Made by a program: the position numbers and the translations under genes. The notes under the pieces were generated by a model. The model ran no database searches, was not told where the DNA came from, and saw only the letters and a list, made by a program, of their open reading frames with translations. A stretch of 63,912 nt of DNA, filler included, from Octopus bimaculoides (taxonomy: Eukaryota), in assembly GCF_001194135.2 (NCBI RefSeq). It is 7 parts of 6 records of this genome, joined end to end, with 100 filler letters (N's around TTAATTAATTAA, not from the genome) between each part and the next. Parts side by side here need not be neighbours in the genome. Positions count along the whole stretch, not along the records: positions 1 to 27,480 come from NC_068988.1; 6 more parts are not named here. The stretch is one strand, 5' to 3'. Positions 12,070-24,945 of the stretch are shown here, one piece after another. The stretch's first letter is position 1, and each line of letters begins with the position of its first letter.

Positions 12070-13600
12070 ACAATCAAAGTTCATGTAGTCAGATTTCTTC
12101 TAGTGACTAGTGTCTTCTCGAGAGACTCCGCAGTATTTACTGTGTATGAGTTGAAGACCATCTTAGATAGTTGTTGAGGGACACTCAGTATTCTGGCACC
12201 CTACTCAGATAGTTTACAGTGCATGAAAATAAACGGCAGGATTTTGCAATACGGCGAAGTTATCATTGAAAATCGCCATCAATATACCAAATCATGTGTA
12301 AGTAGAGTATCCAGATAAGTTGAGCAGTAGATGCCGAATGCATAGGTTGTACATATTCAACTGTGGTTGGCTACATAGTCCACAAATTTGTAATCTGTAC
12401 AGCGGAACTAGACAGACATCTTAGTTAGGTACCTGGTCATCGAAAGCAGAATCCATCTTTCCTAGTGAGCGATGATATTTTTCTTCCCCAGTTTCAGCTT
12501 CAGAGCTGCGGCCACGATGGAGTACCACCGTTATCTCTGCTACACTTTCACTACTTGAGCTTTAATTTTTTTCAGTCTCTATCAGTAGCTGTCATGTTGC
12601 ATTAAGTCGCCTTCTGCTAGCGTCGCTGGGTTGTTTCGAGTTCCGTCGTTAATTTTACATAGTATGGTGACTATAGTTGGGAGAAGCAATCTAAACGGCT
12701 GAGGAAAAATGTCCTCCAACGGACCATCATCGTTTCTTGTTATCTCGTTCTTAAATCTATAAGGATCCATTCGGCCAGCCGTTTGCATTTTATTGCATCA
12801 ATACATATATCAATAACCAGGTGACGAACTGATTTTGTTTCAGGGATTGCAGTTCCTCTTGTGGCAGTGTATGACATCTGCATTACTTTCAGCTTCTACT
12901 GGTATCGGAGGGATTGGAATTGTCCAGCTACACGTTACTGTCTTAATGCCACTTATATATTGCGTCCAATTATTGTTGAAGTTGCCAAACATCTCCAGTG
13001 CTCTTTATACTGTAAGAGACATTTGTATCATCTGCATTGCTAGCAAGTGAGTCTATCTAGGTGGGTGTGCGTATGAAGTTGCCCCAAGTGCGTACCCTGT
13101 TGGACACCAATATATTTGCGGTATCTTGGTCACCACTACCCGACTTCTGTCTTTTAGAATGTCATGTAGCCACTCTCCACGTTTTCTGACTATGCCACGA
13201 TTACGTAGCAGGTACCCATAGTCGATGTATCAAAGGCTTTTGCAAAATCGCGAAATATCACGTACACATTTGAATTGTTAAAAAGCTACCTTAACACAAA
13301 GCCATTCATAGCATTGCATGAGCTATTTCTGGCAGCTCATACCTGGTTGAAAACCATGCTGGACGTCACTTAGTAAGTTATTCTATTCATGGAATGAAAG
13401 TAGTTTCCTTCGGACAATTCATTCTATGACGTTGCTGATGTGAGGTCACAAAGATAGGTCTATAACATTTAGCATCTGCTTCCTTCTCTATGAATAATGC
13501 ATAGTATTCCCTCCTTCAGTTTACCTGGTAGTTTACCACTTGCAAGTAAGCTCTAGGCATTGACAGAGGCAGCTGTTAGCAACAAAGTATGTGTTTTACT
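12070..13600 (-). mobile_element. CR1/L2-type LINE reverse transcriptase relic
   Basis: Minus fragments: GKLPGKLKEG...YRPI, QHGFQPG, NVYVIFRDFAKAFDT (DFAKAFD motif), GVQQGTHLG (GVPQG motif); many stops and frameshifts. Confidence 0.85.
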
Positions 13601-16600
13601 GCAAAAAGCAATTAAATCATAATCGATAAGGTATGTTATAGAATTAGTAATAGAGAAATCTAGAATAAAGGGAAAGTTAGAACGTTTCAAATAACGTTTA
13701 GGAAAGCATTGTTACAGATTAGAAATTCGCGGTGAAATTCACTGTCGACTAATTCTTCAGAGCAAAGCACGAAGGCAGTGTCTTCAGAACTAAAGTTAGT
13801 GGTAGAGACGCGCTTCGAACGTAATCCATTGCTTGGCCTTAACTCGTGCTTTTCTGTTCCTAGCAGCTATTTCTTCGACTGGAAAGACAGCTTTTCCGGA
13901 TGGTAAACAGATTGCTACACCTAACTCCATGGTCTGTTGCAATTATCGCCACCGGAAGCAGAGAAATGTATGGATCCGATAACTTCTACGGAAATGGGAA
14001 ATGCAGTGTCTACTGGCACGCGAAGCCAACCACATGTTTCGACAGTCTAATCGTCTAAGTCCCTAGTGTATATGCCAGATTTTTACAGCGAATTCCTCTT
14101 AGGTTTCTACTGCAAAATATGTGGAAAACCAATTATGTGGAACGACAACTGGTAGGATTATTGTGAAAGGATATGAAAAAGTGTTGGGGAAGAAAATGAA
14201 ATGTTTTGGTCCATATATCTGAAACATGAAATTTTCAAGATTTTAGCCAATTTGTTAGCAAAGATTTTGGTGTTTTTGCCGGTAATCGTGTATTGACAAT
14301 TTTTCTAAAAATGTTATGTCCTCGGTTTTATTTCTAATTTTATTGATATTACCTATTGCCTACTCTACTATAGTTTACGTATATTATATTCCTAATTTAG
14401 TAAATGGACATTTTTTAGTTTTCTAATTTGTATAATTGCATCGAGTGAAGACCATTCAAATTTATCACTAAGCACGGAAACGTTGCATCGACAACATATT
14501 GTAGGCTTCCTGCTATTTTGTTTTACCTTCTAGATTGCTATTACCATCCAACATAACATTGATTAGTTTTGTAACTTATTTTCCAAGATTTACGTATAGA
14601 AAGAGTAGAAGGCCGCAACATTCAATTACATGGTTTTCGTTATATTCTAGTCTCGAAGATTAAGCAGGTCATTCGGTGTCATTCCCGAATACAGAAACTA
14701 GAAAGCGTGTTACAGGTTTAATATTCTTCCCAAGCATAAATATCTGAAGTGTACACGTCCCTAGAAAGTAAATGTAATTAATCACACGGCAATAGACGAT
14801 TCAAAAAAATTCTCTGATATGAGAGAGACTACGACTTGTTTGGATAGCGTATTCTAACCGACCTTGATTTATTTAGTAGAAGAGACCTTTGAGACCACTA
14901 CCCGTAAAAACAAGAACAAAAGAACACGACGCAAAAAGTGTTCAATCTCTTGAATAAATTGTGAATGTATCTAATTTGAATTAACCAGGTGTAGAGCTAG
15001 ACCCAAGAAGCTTCCAATGTTCATTTACGACATGATCAATTTGAATATGGAACGTAAATTACACAGTAGTTGTACTTCCCTGTACAGCTGTATGAGCAAT
15101 GGTTAATAATTTCGTGAGCCGTACTATTGAAATTTTGCCTGATAATGTTTTGTTAGGCATGTCATTCAGAACGTCCTTCAGGATGCTCTAATCAGTCATT
15201 CAAAAGTGCTACTGACCTAGTCTTGCCCTCACTAGTGTATATCAGAACGATCTAAATGCAACTTTAAACGTACAATTTTACTTCTATCTCTGGTAGAACA
15301 ATAAGCATATGTCTCTGAATTAGTATCTATAGCTTTACATGTCAAATTTGATTCGACAAATTTTAAGTCAATAAGAAGCGGAGCAGCGGAGATGTTATAT
15401 ATGATTGTGCTCAGCTTTCTCCCACTTATGCAGAAGTAGTTTTTGGCGTACTAGTTGTCTTTGAATGGCCGAAGTGTTATCATTTACAGCTGTAGGGCGA
15501 GGGTAATACAAGCTAATTATCCATCTTCTGTACCTGCAAAGATATGTACACACGACGAGACCATAACAATTTTGGAAAGATGTCTATTTGAAATACATCT
15601 AAAAATGTGGATAAACAGATTACAGTAAGTCGAAATAATAAGGTCAACGACACTATTAAAATGTTGTGCTTCATAACAACTTGGAATACCTTCGATGACC
15701 TGAAATTTATAAAGTGATGTGTCTTAAGAAATACTCCGAAATTCACAAGATGGTGTTTGGAAAGTGGTAGAAAATATTACTGAAAAGGAAACAACACAAA
15801 TAATATTTCTGGAGGCATCACTCACTGTCTAACATAACAAAGATTCATCTGTGCATGTTATTACATTTTGTCCAAACTCCTAATTACATGGGTTGACTAT
15901 CGATTGATATAGTGAGCCTGAAATAAATGCTGAAGCAGCTGATGAAAATAAATGAAGATGAGAGAAAAGTATAATTTATTCTCAGAACATTTTAATCGAA
16001 ATTCCTTAAAACTGGCTGAGAACATTACATTAATACCGACGTCTGTCATTAATTATGTATTATATAATCATTGGAAACGATATGCCCGAGAGAGATGAAT
16101 GGATCCATCTCCAATAGTAATAGCCAAAAAAAAGAACCTATAGTGATACAATAAGTCAAAGAATACCAGTTATGTGCACCTGTACAGAGCACAATCATCG
16201 TGTGTTTCTCACAAGATTAAAGCAACAGATGAGAATATATAAGAGCTTGGTTCCGGTTGGCGTAGGGGATCAGTAATTATATACCATCTTTCAGATACAT
16301 CAACACACATCTCTCACTTTATGAACTATTTACATAATAGTAAAGTTTCACAAAAATGCAAGATGGTGTCGCATGCACGAAGCGGTAGTTGTGTTGTCTG
16401 TGCAAAGACACAGGAGTTTATCAATGCAACAATTATGCTCCGGTTTAAGATATATTCGTGAAATGCTTAACGCAAAAAGGTGATCCTTTCAGAAGATATA
16501 TGTTGCTAATGATTCGCTTAAAACAGTGAGTATACTAACACATAATAAAATTATAAAACATTAAATAGAATAAGATTACCATACTTTTCATATCTATTTG

Positions 16601-17044
16601 AATGCAATTGATTTACATCAAACACCACTACTTTTCTCATCAGAGTGTGTTAGAAAGTACCAAACGTTATTTAATTCCATTAATTTCTGTACTAAATTAA
16701 CTTTCAAAAATTTTGACGAAGTAAAGAAAAACTTTATAGATTTAAGTCAAAATGTAGGTTTTGTAGCCATTAATTATTGCTGCACATATACGAACAAGAA
16801 ACTGGGAAAAAGAAGTAAGTAAAGCAAAAATAAAACTATTTTAAAATACAAGGATTTCCTATCTTGTAAGAATCGATGTAAAATTACTAAAATACCCCGC
16901 TAATATATCTTACTGTAACAAATACATTAACTGTATAGAAGTAGGGTACCGAAAAGTAGCAGATATTTTGCAATATCATTTTATTCAGTAAGTTTTACAT
17001 GTTTACTATTTTACCGATTTCAAAGTAGAATGAGTTAAACATTC

Positions 17045-17700
17045 AAGAAAGCGGGAGTTGAAGGATGAAGGGGAGGACAAGGAGGAAGGAATCTACAACA
17101 TTCCAGAGGGGGGATTTGAGTTCAAAATACCAGAGAGCGGGAATTGAGAGATGAAGGGGAGGAAGGAATCTTCAACATTCCAGAGATGGGGATTTGAGAG
17201 AAGAAGGGGAGGAAGGAATCTTTAACAATCCAGAGAGGGGGATTTAAGAGATGAAACGGGGGAAGTGAAGGAAGTAATCTACAACATTCCAGAGGGGAGA
17301 TTTGAGATCAACATTCCACAGAGGGGGAGTTGAGAGATGAAGTGTAGGAAGGGGAAGAAGGAATCTTCAACATTTCAGAGAGGGGCATTTGACAGGTGAA
17401 GGGGAGGAAGGAATCTTCAACATTTCACAGAGGGGGATTCGACAGGTGAAGGGGTGGAAGGGGTGGAAGGGGAGAAAGGAATATTCAATATTCCAGAGAG
17501 GGGGATTTGAGAGATGAAGGGGAGGAAGGGGAGGAAGGAATCTGCAACATTTCAGAGAGGGGGATTTTGACAGGTGAAAGGGAGAAAGGAATCTTCAACA
17601 TTCCAGAATGGGTGATTTGAGTTCCACATTCCAGAGAGGGGTCGAAGGAATCTTCAACATTCCAGAGAGGGGTATTTGACAAATGAAGGTGAGGAAGGGC
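17045..17700. repeat. Purine-rich minisatellite, ~50-bp unit
   Basis: Consensus GAAGGAATCTTCAACATTCCAGAGAGGGGGATTTGAGAGATGAAGGGGAG; about a dozen full or partial units; 50 bp measured between consecutive GAATC anchors at 17166 and 17216. Confidence 0.9.
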
Positions 17701-18250
17701 GCGTTTTCCAATATTCGAAGCTGTTCTGGGACTCTTGCAAAGCGATGCCTTTTAATTCCTCTGTCGATTTGTTCTTCACCTCTTCCGCATCTGCAACTAC
17801 CGTTGCACCAGCTTTCGTTACCAGTGATGACCTTCGAAAAAATGTCCGGATGAATTTCCAGCTGTGGTTTCAGTTGAAGACACGCAATCAGCCGTGGCTG
17901 CTTTTGATCTTCGCGAGCAAGCGTGGCACAAATTTTGATGTTACTCTTCATTTGCAATTACTCCATCAAAATTCGTTGTCCGAGCTCCAGGATACATGGG
18001 TCATATAAAAAAGTTTTTCAATTTATCGGGGACAGTCCTCCAAAGTCATTTCATGGAATTTCATGATCTTTTCATTTGTTTAGGATGTCGATGGTGATCC
18101 TGACCGTGATTAGTCTTCAAGCGACAAGTGACCATTCTTAAAGCGAGCACGGATGCACACTATTCCCTCGTTTCTGCCATCACCAAAAAATCAACCAGCA
18201 GAGAAGAAACGCTGCAAAACAAACACGCACTACGTAGCAGTACGACCTTA
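17700..18250 (-). mobile_element. Mariner transposase relic with internal deletion
   Basis: Minus: RARFKNGHLSLED*SRSGSPSTS (HTH), IFSKVITGNESWC (ITGDESW motif), then a jump to ADAEEVKNKSTEELKGI...SFEYWK. Confidence 0.8.
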
Positions 18251-18851
18251 CTGTTATTCTTGAGGGTCGCATCAAGTGGCTTCTAGCGGCGGAAGCCTGA
18301 ACTACAACGGGTTTGTCTCTCTTTTGGATATCCCTTCGTCCATTGATATATGGTAACGGGAGTAAGATATNNNNNNNNNNNNNNNNNNNNNNNNNNNNNN
18401 NNNNNNNNNNNNNNNNNNNNNNNNNNNNNNNNNNNNNNNNNNNNNNNNNNNNNNNNNNNNNNNNNNNNNNNNNNNNNNNNNNNNNNNNNNNNNNNNNNNN
18501 NNNNNNNNNNNNNNNNNNNNNNNNNNNNNNNNNNNNNNNNNNNNNNNNNNNNNNNNNNNNNNNNNNNNNNNNNNNNNNNNNNNNNNNNNNNNNNNNNNNN
18601 NNNNNNNNNNNNNNNNNNNNNNNNNNNNNNNNNNNNNNNNNNNNNNNNNNNNNNNNNNNNNNNNNNNNNNNNNNNNNNNNNNNNNNNNNNNNNNNNNNNN
18701 NNNNNNNNNNNNNNNNNNNNNNNNNNNNNNNNNNNNNNNNNNNNNNNNNNNNNNNNNNNNNNNNNNNNNNNNNNNNNNNNNNNNNNNNNNNNNNNNNNNN
18801 NNNNNNNNNNNNNNNNNNNNNNNNNNNNNNNNNNNNNNNNNNNNNNNNNNN

Positions 18852-18909
<58 letters not shown>

Positions 18910-19714
18910 GTTTGTATATATATGGACGTATGTATGTATGTATGTATGTGTATGTTTGTGTGTGTGTATTTGGATATGCATGTATGATGTATATACGTCT
19001 ACATAAACAAGGGATGCGGTAACCATAGTTCGGAACAGTAGTCTAAATGGTTAAGTACAAATGTCCTACAGAGGGTCATAATGTTTCCCCGTTTTCTCGT
19101 TATGGAAGTTCTAAGAATCCAACACACACTTATATATATGCATAACAGTATAACTCTTTGGATCGGACTTGGCTGTTCGGTCCATTACATAAATCAAATC
19201 GCTTTCTTATTTACCTATATCATTGATGTTATAATATATTATACTCGCTGTATCAAACAAATAAGGATTTGTTCTGTAAATTAAGCTAAATTACTCAGCA
19301 TGTGAAGTTCTAAATGCATTTAATTACAAACGTAAATAGTCGAAAAATACTGCCATTGTTTATATATTTTCTTCTTGAATATATAGAAATACCAATCCTA
19401 TCCTCAGTTGTTTCACTCGTTATTTAAATTACAGAAGAAACTCTTGAATATACCTTCAATTGTCTGGAATGAACTTTTATTTATAGCTAATATTACTAAG
19501 TGTTTTTTAATGATGTTTTTACTGCGATGTTTGGAGTAATTTCATTTCTGTGTTTCATTGAGCTGACATGCTATGCGTTGTGATAAGCTACAAATTACAT
19601 CTATGCATTAAAAGCTTTACGGTAAACGAATGCCAGTATTTAGTTAATTTCACTCACGTCACATAAATAAATGAATCCTCTCTTAGAGTAATCAACAGTA
19701 TTGTAAAGTGAGTG

Positions 19715-19900
19715 AGCCCACATGGACCAGTTCTTAGGGTGTTACACTTACGATCTTGAGACGGTGGCTGCAATTCCTGGAGCAAGTAGTGCGTTGCGTT
19801 CTTGAGCAAAACATTTTTCTTCGCATTACTTTTGAATCACTTCGACACCTGAAGTGCGTGAACTGTGCACATGTTCTGTCAACATCTTGCTGATAGAGAA
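19715..19900 (+). mobile_element. Degenerate tRNA-derived SINE with CORE-like block
   Basis: TTAGGGTGTTACACTTACGATCTTGAGACGGTGGCTGCAATTCCTGG head followed by GCGTTGCGTTCTTGAGCAAAACA. Confidence 0.45.
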
Positions 19901-21226
19901 AATGTGCTAATGTACAGCACAACCACTCGGCCAATATATGAAATTCACCTGTAAAGATCGTTCGGCAAGAAATTGCAGAACTGTTTTTCTCGGACCACGA
20001 GAGATTAAAATTATTCTAGAGGAATTCCTAGCCGTTGTTGTTTTGTCGTTATTTTTAATTCATTCTTGACTGGTGATACACAACAGCCTAAATGCATATA
20101 TTTTCGCTATTACTACATTTGTAAACTATTTCATTTTCATAAATTGTTTTGGCCAGTTATGAGACGCCGTATTGATATATATAATTATATAATGATTTCC
20201 ATATACTGATATCATCCGAAAAATAGTTCCATTCGTCATCCCATTTGCGTAATCTCGAATTTACAACGGAGAATATATTTTATAGATGTTTTAGTAAACC
20301 GTGCAGAACGATTTAAAACAATCTTGGTTATTAATTCATTGAATTATTTTACTCAGCAGTTTTATCTTTGTACTATAAGAAAATTTTGTAGACATGCGTC
20401 GACGTCACATGTGTAAATTAATGAGAATTAATGAAATAAGTGTGTTACTTGCAAAGGAATGGCTTTTGTGTAGATTGTTATCTTGGTAATACGTACCTCC
20501 ATATATGTACACACAAAGAGACATACATACATAAAAGCATATCTGTATGAGTGTGTCATTTAACTTCAGCGTCACTTTACTCTACTTAGATGACCATGTT
20601 AAAATTTACTTATTAAACATAATCATTATATTATTCTCTGTGGAAACCGAACGCATAGTCGAGATAATCTTGTAAATTGTTTCGATAAATTAAAATATCT
20701 TATAATTACTCATGTTTTTGTTTTGCATATGTAATGATATACAGAAGAATTAATTTTCCATGTGTATAATATTTGAAATTAATTACATTAATTCTGGTTA
20801 TTCTTAAGTGGTTGACCTTCTTTGCGTAATTTTGCCGTGGGTAGGGTGACAATGATCGGCTGGAAGACAGTTTCAATAGTTATCATGATTGTCTTAGCTA
20901 ATTTATCGTATTCCAAATTTCGTTTTTGACTTATTTTTTACGCATTTAATCTAGAAGCATTTCCGACGCATTTAATTTAAAAGCATTTTCGACAAGTTTT
21001 GCATATTGATGTTGTTATTTACTACTTGATGTCTTTATAAATTAGCGCTGACACCGCCAGAACGTACGAATTAAAAGAAACCCGGCAATAATAGGACGAG
21101 GTTATATGAAACCCAAAAGGAGGAACGGCGATTTGAATTTGGAATGTAAACACACGGAAGAATTGTTGCAAACCTTTTCGTTCGACGCACCAAACATTTT
21201 GGCAATTTTCAATAATTAATATGGTT

Positions 21227-21435
21227 AAGGCGGCAGAAACGTTAGCACGCCGGATGAAATGCTTAGCGGTATTTCATCTGTCTTTACATATGAGTGCAAA
21301 TTCCACCCAGGGTCTTCTTTGCCTTTAATCCTTTCGGGGTCGATAAATTAACTACCAGTTGCGTACTGCGATTGATCTAATCGACTGGCCCCTCACCCAA
21401 AATTTCGGGCCTTGTACCTTGAGTAGAAAAGAATG
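21227..21435 (+). mobile_element. SINE family B with 12-bp target-site duplication
   Basis: ATTAATATGGTT at 21215-21226 and 21436-21447 flanks the element; centre CCTTTCGGGGTCGATAAATTAACTACCAGTT. Confidence 0.9.
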
Positions 21436-22254
21436 ATTAATATGGTTTCAACACAACTAGATCTCAACTTTCTCTGAACACACCAAGAAACGCGTTCACA
21501 CAGAAAACAAACAAACAATCATTCACATGAACTACTAACTTTAAGATTTTCTTTAATCCTGTACTTCAATTTGATATATTAACCTTGTTAGTAGTGGTCG
21601 ATTTCGAGGCTATGATACACTAAAATATAATCCTAGAGGAGAATTATTGACATTGTGAGTGTGAATTAATTACTATCAAGTGAATGTACTAAACTGTCAT
21701 AATCGGCTGCCTATATAGAATTTTGGGTTTGGCATGATTATAATTTCCAATTCACCTCAATTTCAGCGTCAATCATTCCCACCACCAATTTCAAATAAAT
21801 TTGCTGCAATTTTGTGTGTGCATATATATATATATATATGTATTTTTGTATGTATGTATGCATGTATGTATGTATGTATGTATGTATGTATGTATGTGTG
21901 TGTGTGTATGTAAGTATGTATGTATGTATGTATATGTATGTATGTATAATGTACTAAGTGTGATGTACAGAGATTGAGTATTGACAAAAATGGTCGTCAG
22001 AATTTTCGGAAAAATCCTTCTATTTCTTCATCATTATTAGCGCTTTCGTTCGTTTCTCGAACTTGCCAAATAGGATGTTGTGAATGTGCAAACAACCTGT
22101 TCATTTATATAAAACATATATTTTTTGCGGGGGAGTTGTTTAGAAGAGGAGAACATTGTTTTTTGTTTTGGGGAGTGAAGTTCCATGACAATGGAGACAG
22201 ACATACAGACAGACAGACAGACAGACAGACAGATAGATAGATAGATAGATAGAG

Positions 22255-22300
<46 letters not shown>

Positions 22301-22689
22301 ATAGACAGTCAGACAGATAGATAGATAGATTGATAGATAGGTAGAGAGAGAGAGAGAGACAAGGGGGAATCTCCCTTCCTATTCACCATTCATTTATTCA
22401 TTTAGTAATTTACATTGTAAATTACATTGTATTGGAATGGGTTTAAGGATGGTGACCTGTTCAAAAAAAAAACAGGTGAGGTCTTTTTGCTTTCTTTCTC
22501 TCCTTTTCTTCACTTTTACCTTTTCCCGTTTTAGTTCTTTTTACATTCAGTTTTGGAGACAATCCCGTGAAGTGACTGCGTGTGCGTTAGTGCGCGCGCG
22601 CGTGTTTGTGAGTGTGTGTGTGTGTGCGTGTGTGTTTGGGAACATGTCCATGTTTATACTGTGTAACGTCGATGGTTTGCATTGGAAAA

Positions 22690-22878
22690 CACGTTGGCAG
22701 AGGGAATTATTTGTTTGCCAATGTAATTTTCTTTACAGTCTGTGCATGTAATGCAGTACATGAGGTTTCGCGTTTTTCAGATACGAACTGCAAAACAAAA
22801 TCCTCATATACTGCATTACTTGCCTAAACTGCAAAGAAAATTACATTGGCGAAACAAATAAACCCCTCTGCCAACGTG
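22690..22878. repeat. Imperfect inverted repeat, ~91-bp arms with 7-nt loop
   Basis: 22690-22780 vs reverse complement of 22788-22878: about 14 differences in ~92 aligned positions by manual alignment. Confidence 0.95.
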
Positions 22879-23078
22879 CAAGAATCCACAGGTAACATAT
22901 CCGACAAGAGAAATTGCGCACGATTCTATTGAGTAAGCATCTGGAAACATGCAGCGACGGAAAATTAAAAAACGTTCTCTTTTACAAATATGCACGGGAC
23001 GATCCGCAATACCAAACAGTGATGGAACTACAATTCATCAGAAAATTCTCCCCAAAATATAGGAAACATCTTGCTTAT
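22776..23078 (+). mobile_element. Penelope-like element GIY-YIG endonuclease relic
   Basis: One frame: ILIYCITCLNCKENYIGETNKPLCQRARIHR*HIRQEKLRTILLSKHLETC...VMELQFIRKFSPK; LIY-CxxC-YIG-ET, R-H and distal E pattern of PLE endonucleases; single stop at 22893. Confidence 0.85.
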
Positions 23079-23797
23079 CTCTGTAAATATTTAGGTGTAT
23101 ATATGTTGCATTGAGATGTTCTGAGCTTTGCGTGTTTTTCTAGTTTGTAAGTGTTATAGTAATGTGTCCTAATGCAAAAGCATGAAATTCAAAGGAGAGT
23201 GATTTCGTTTTTCAATGCAAAACATCGAAGTTACACAGTATAAACATGGACATATTCTCAAACACACACACACACACACACACACACTCACTTCATCAAG
23301 GGATTCTCTCTAAAATTAATTGTTTGAGGGTAAAGCGGAGAATTTGCATTTTTTTATTCCAAATGTGGCTCATCTCTACAAATGTTCGGAACTATACTTC
23401 ATCAAAAAATTCTCTCCGAAATTGAACGCTTGAAAGAGAACCGGAGACACTACATTTTGTATTCTAAATATAACTCAAAGGGGAGAAAAAGAAAGAAGAG
23501 GGAAAAGAAGGAAAGAGGGGAAAAAAAGGAGGGAAAAGAGAAAAGAAAGAAGGGAAAGAAGAGAAGAAAAGGGTGGAGAGAAAGAAAACAAAAAGTCTTT
23601 CAGTGATGACAACACCACACCTTTTTTTTTTGAAGGAGTCACCATCCTTAAACTCTTTTCAATGTAATGGTAAATGACTATGTTAATAAATGAATGGTGA
23701 ATAGGAAAGAGGATCTCTCTTCTCTCTCTCCTTCTCTCTACCTATTCATCTATCTATCTATCTAGCTATCTATCTGTCTGTCCGCCTTTATGCCTGC

Positions 23798-23859
<62 letters not shown>

Positions 23860-24300
23860 GACTATCTATCCATCTATCATCCTATCTACCTACCTACCAA
23901 TNNNNNNNNNNNNNNNNNNNNNNNNNNNNNNNNNNNNNNNNNNNNNNNNNNNNNNNNNNNNNNNNNNNNNNNNNNNNNNNNNNNNNNNNNNNNNNNNNNN
24001 NNNNNNNNNNNNNNNNNNNNNNNNNNNNNNNNNNNNNNNNNNNNNNNNNNNNNNNNNNNNNNNNNNNNNNNNNNNNNNNNNNNNNNNNNNNNNNNNNNNN
24101 NNNNNNNNNNNNNNNNNNNNNNNNNNNNNNNNNNNNNNNNNNNNNNNNNNNNNNNNNNNNNNNNNNNNNNNNNNNNNNNNNNNNNNNNNNNNNNNNNNNN
24201 NNNNNNNNNNNNNNNNNNNNNNNNNNNNNNNNNNNNNNNNNNNNNNNNNNNNTGGAAAACAGACAAAGTAGAAAATGCTAAAATACTTTTATAAAGAACA

Positions 24301-24342
24301 TTACAGAACCAGTTTCGATCCTTGAGATCTTTTCAACAGTAA
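24301..24342 (-). ncRNA. Minimal type I hammerhead ribozyme motif, U3-A8 variant
   Basis: Minus: UUACUG-UUGAAAA-GAUC-ucaag-GAUC-GAAA-C-ug-GUU-CUGUAA; stem I 5 of 6 pairs, stem II 4 bp, GAAAC, near-palindromic ACUGGU stem III. Confidence 0.65.
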
Positions 24343-24344
24343 AT

Positions 24345-24945
24345 ATGAATAATAGATTTTTGAAAAACTATTGAAAAATTAAATTTTGGTAAATTTAAAA
24401 GAAAAGTTTTTTTAAAGACATATTTGTATAGTATTCAAATAACAGCGGCATTTTTCTTGTTTCTGTCTGTCTCTGTTTCATCTGTTAACTCTTGTGGGTT
24501 CGAAGTCCTTGTGAATTCTTGGCTAAGAAGAAGTAGTGGGAGTGCTATGATAGTTGCAGAGTGTTAATTGGTTGGGTGTCCTGACATTGACCTGCTGACG
24601 GTCGTAGTGATCTGTATTGTTTATGTTTGCGTAGGTGTTATTCTAAACAGCAGTAGTAGTAGTAAAGTAAGGGAGGAGGTGGTGGAACGGAAGAAGAAGA
24701 TTACGGAGAAGATGAGGGATGGGGAGGAGAAGAGAAATAGTAATAATAGAATGCAGGATAGTGTGATAGTAACTAGTCGAGTGAGTAGTGATTGGGGTTG
24801 TGTTTGTTATATATTTTTTTATTTTTTTATAATTCCTTGAGTATCTATTTCGAGCTTATCATTTTTAATATTTGTGTGTGTGTTATTGTGAGGTCGTGGT
24901 GGATATGTCATTTGTTGTAGATGCGTTCAGAAACGGTCTGTATNN
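24345..24945 (-). mobile_element. Probable non-coding PLE pLTR or non-autonomous body upstream of the hammerhead
   Basis: Low-complexity C/T/A-rich non-coding tract directly 5' of the hammerhead motif on the minus strand; identity inferred from that adjacency only. Confidence 0.3.

Noticed and set aside
13600-16800. Complex-looking unique sequence possibly hiding exons or an old transposon
   Set aside because: Partial translation by eye gave no recognisable motif; unresolved rather than shown to be empty.
17485-17682. Repetitive protein ORF in the minisatellite
   Set aside because: The 50-bp unit is not a multiple of three, so the frame shifts between units.
17045-17700. CRISPR-like array
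   Set aside because: Units are degenerate tandem copies with no unique spacers, no cas genes, and the context is eukaryotic.
18180-19026. Long ORFs spanning N runs (also 29205-31477, 36102-36641 and others)
   Set aside because: Open only because N codons and microsatellites lack stops.
20940-20995. 26-bp tandem duplication (similar short ones at 11270-11300 and 11760-11805)
   Set aside because: Two-copy slippage duplications are expected background in this genome.
23480-23600. Lys/Arg/Glu-rich ORFs in A/G-only tracts (also 33450-33830)
   Set aside because: Low-complexity purine repeats, not coding.
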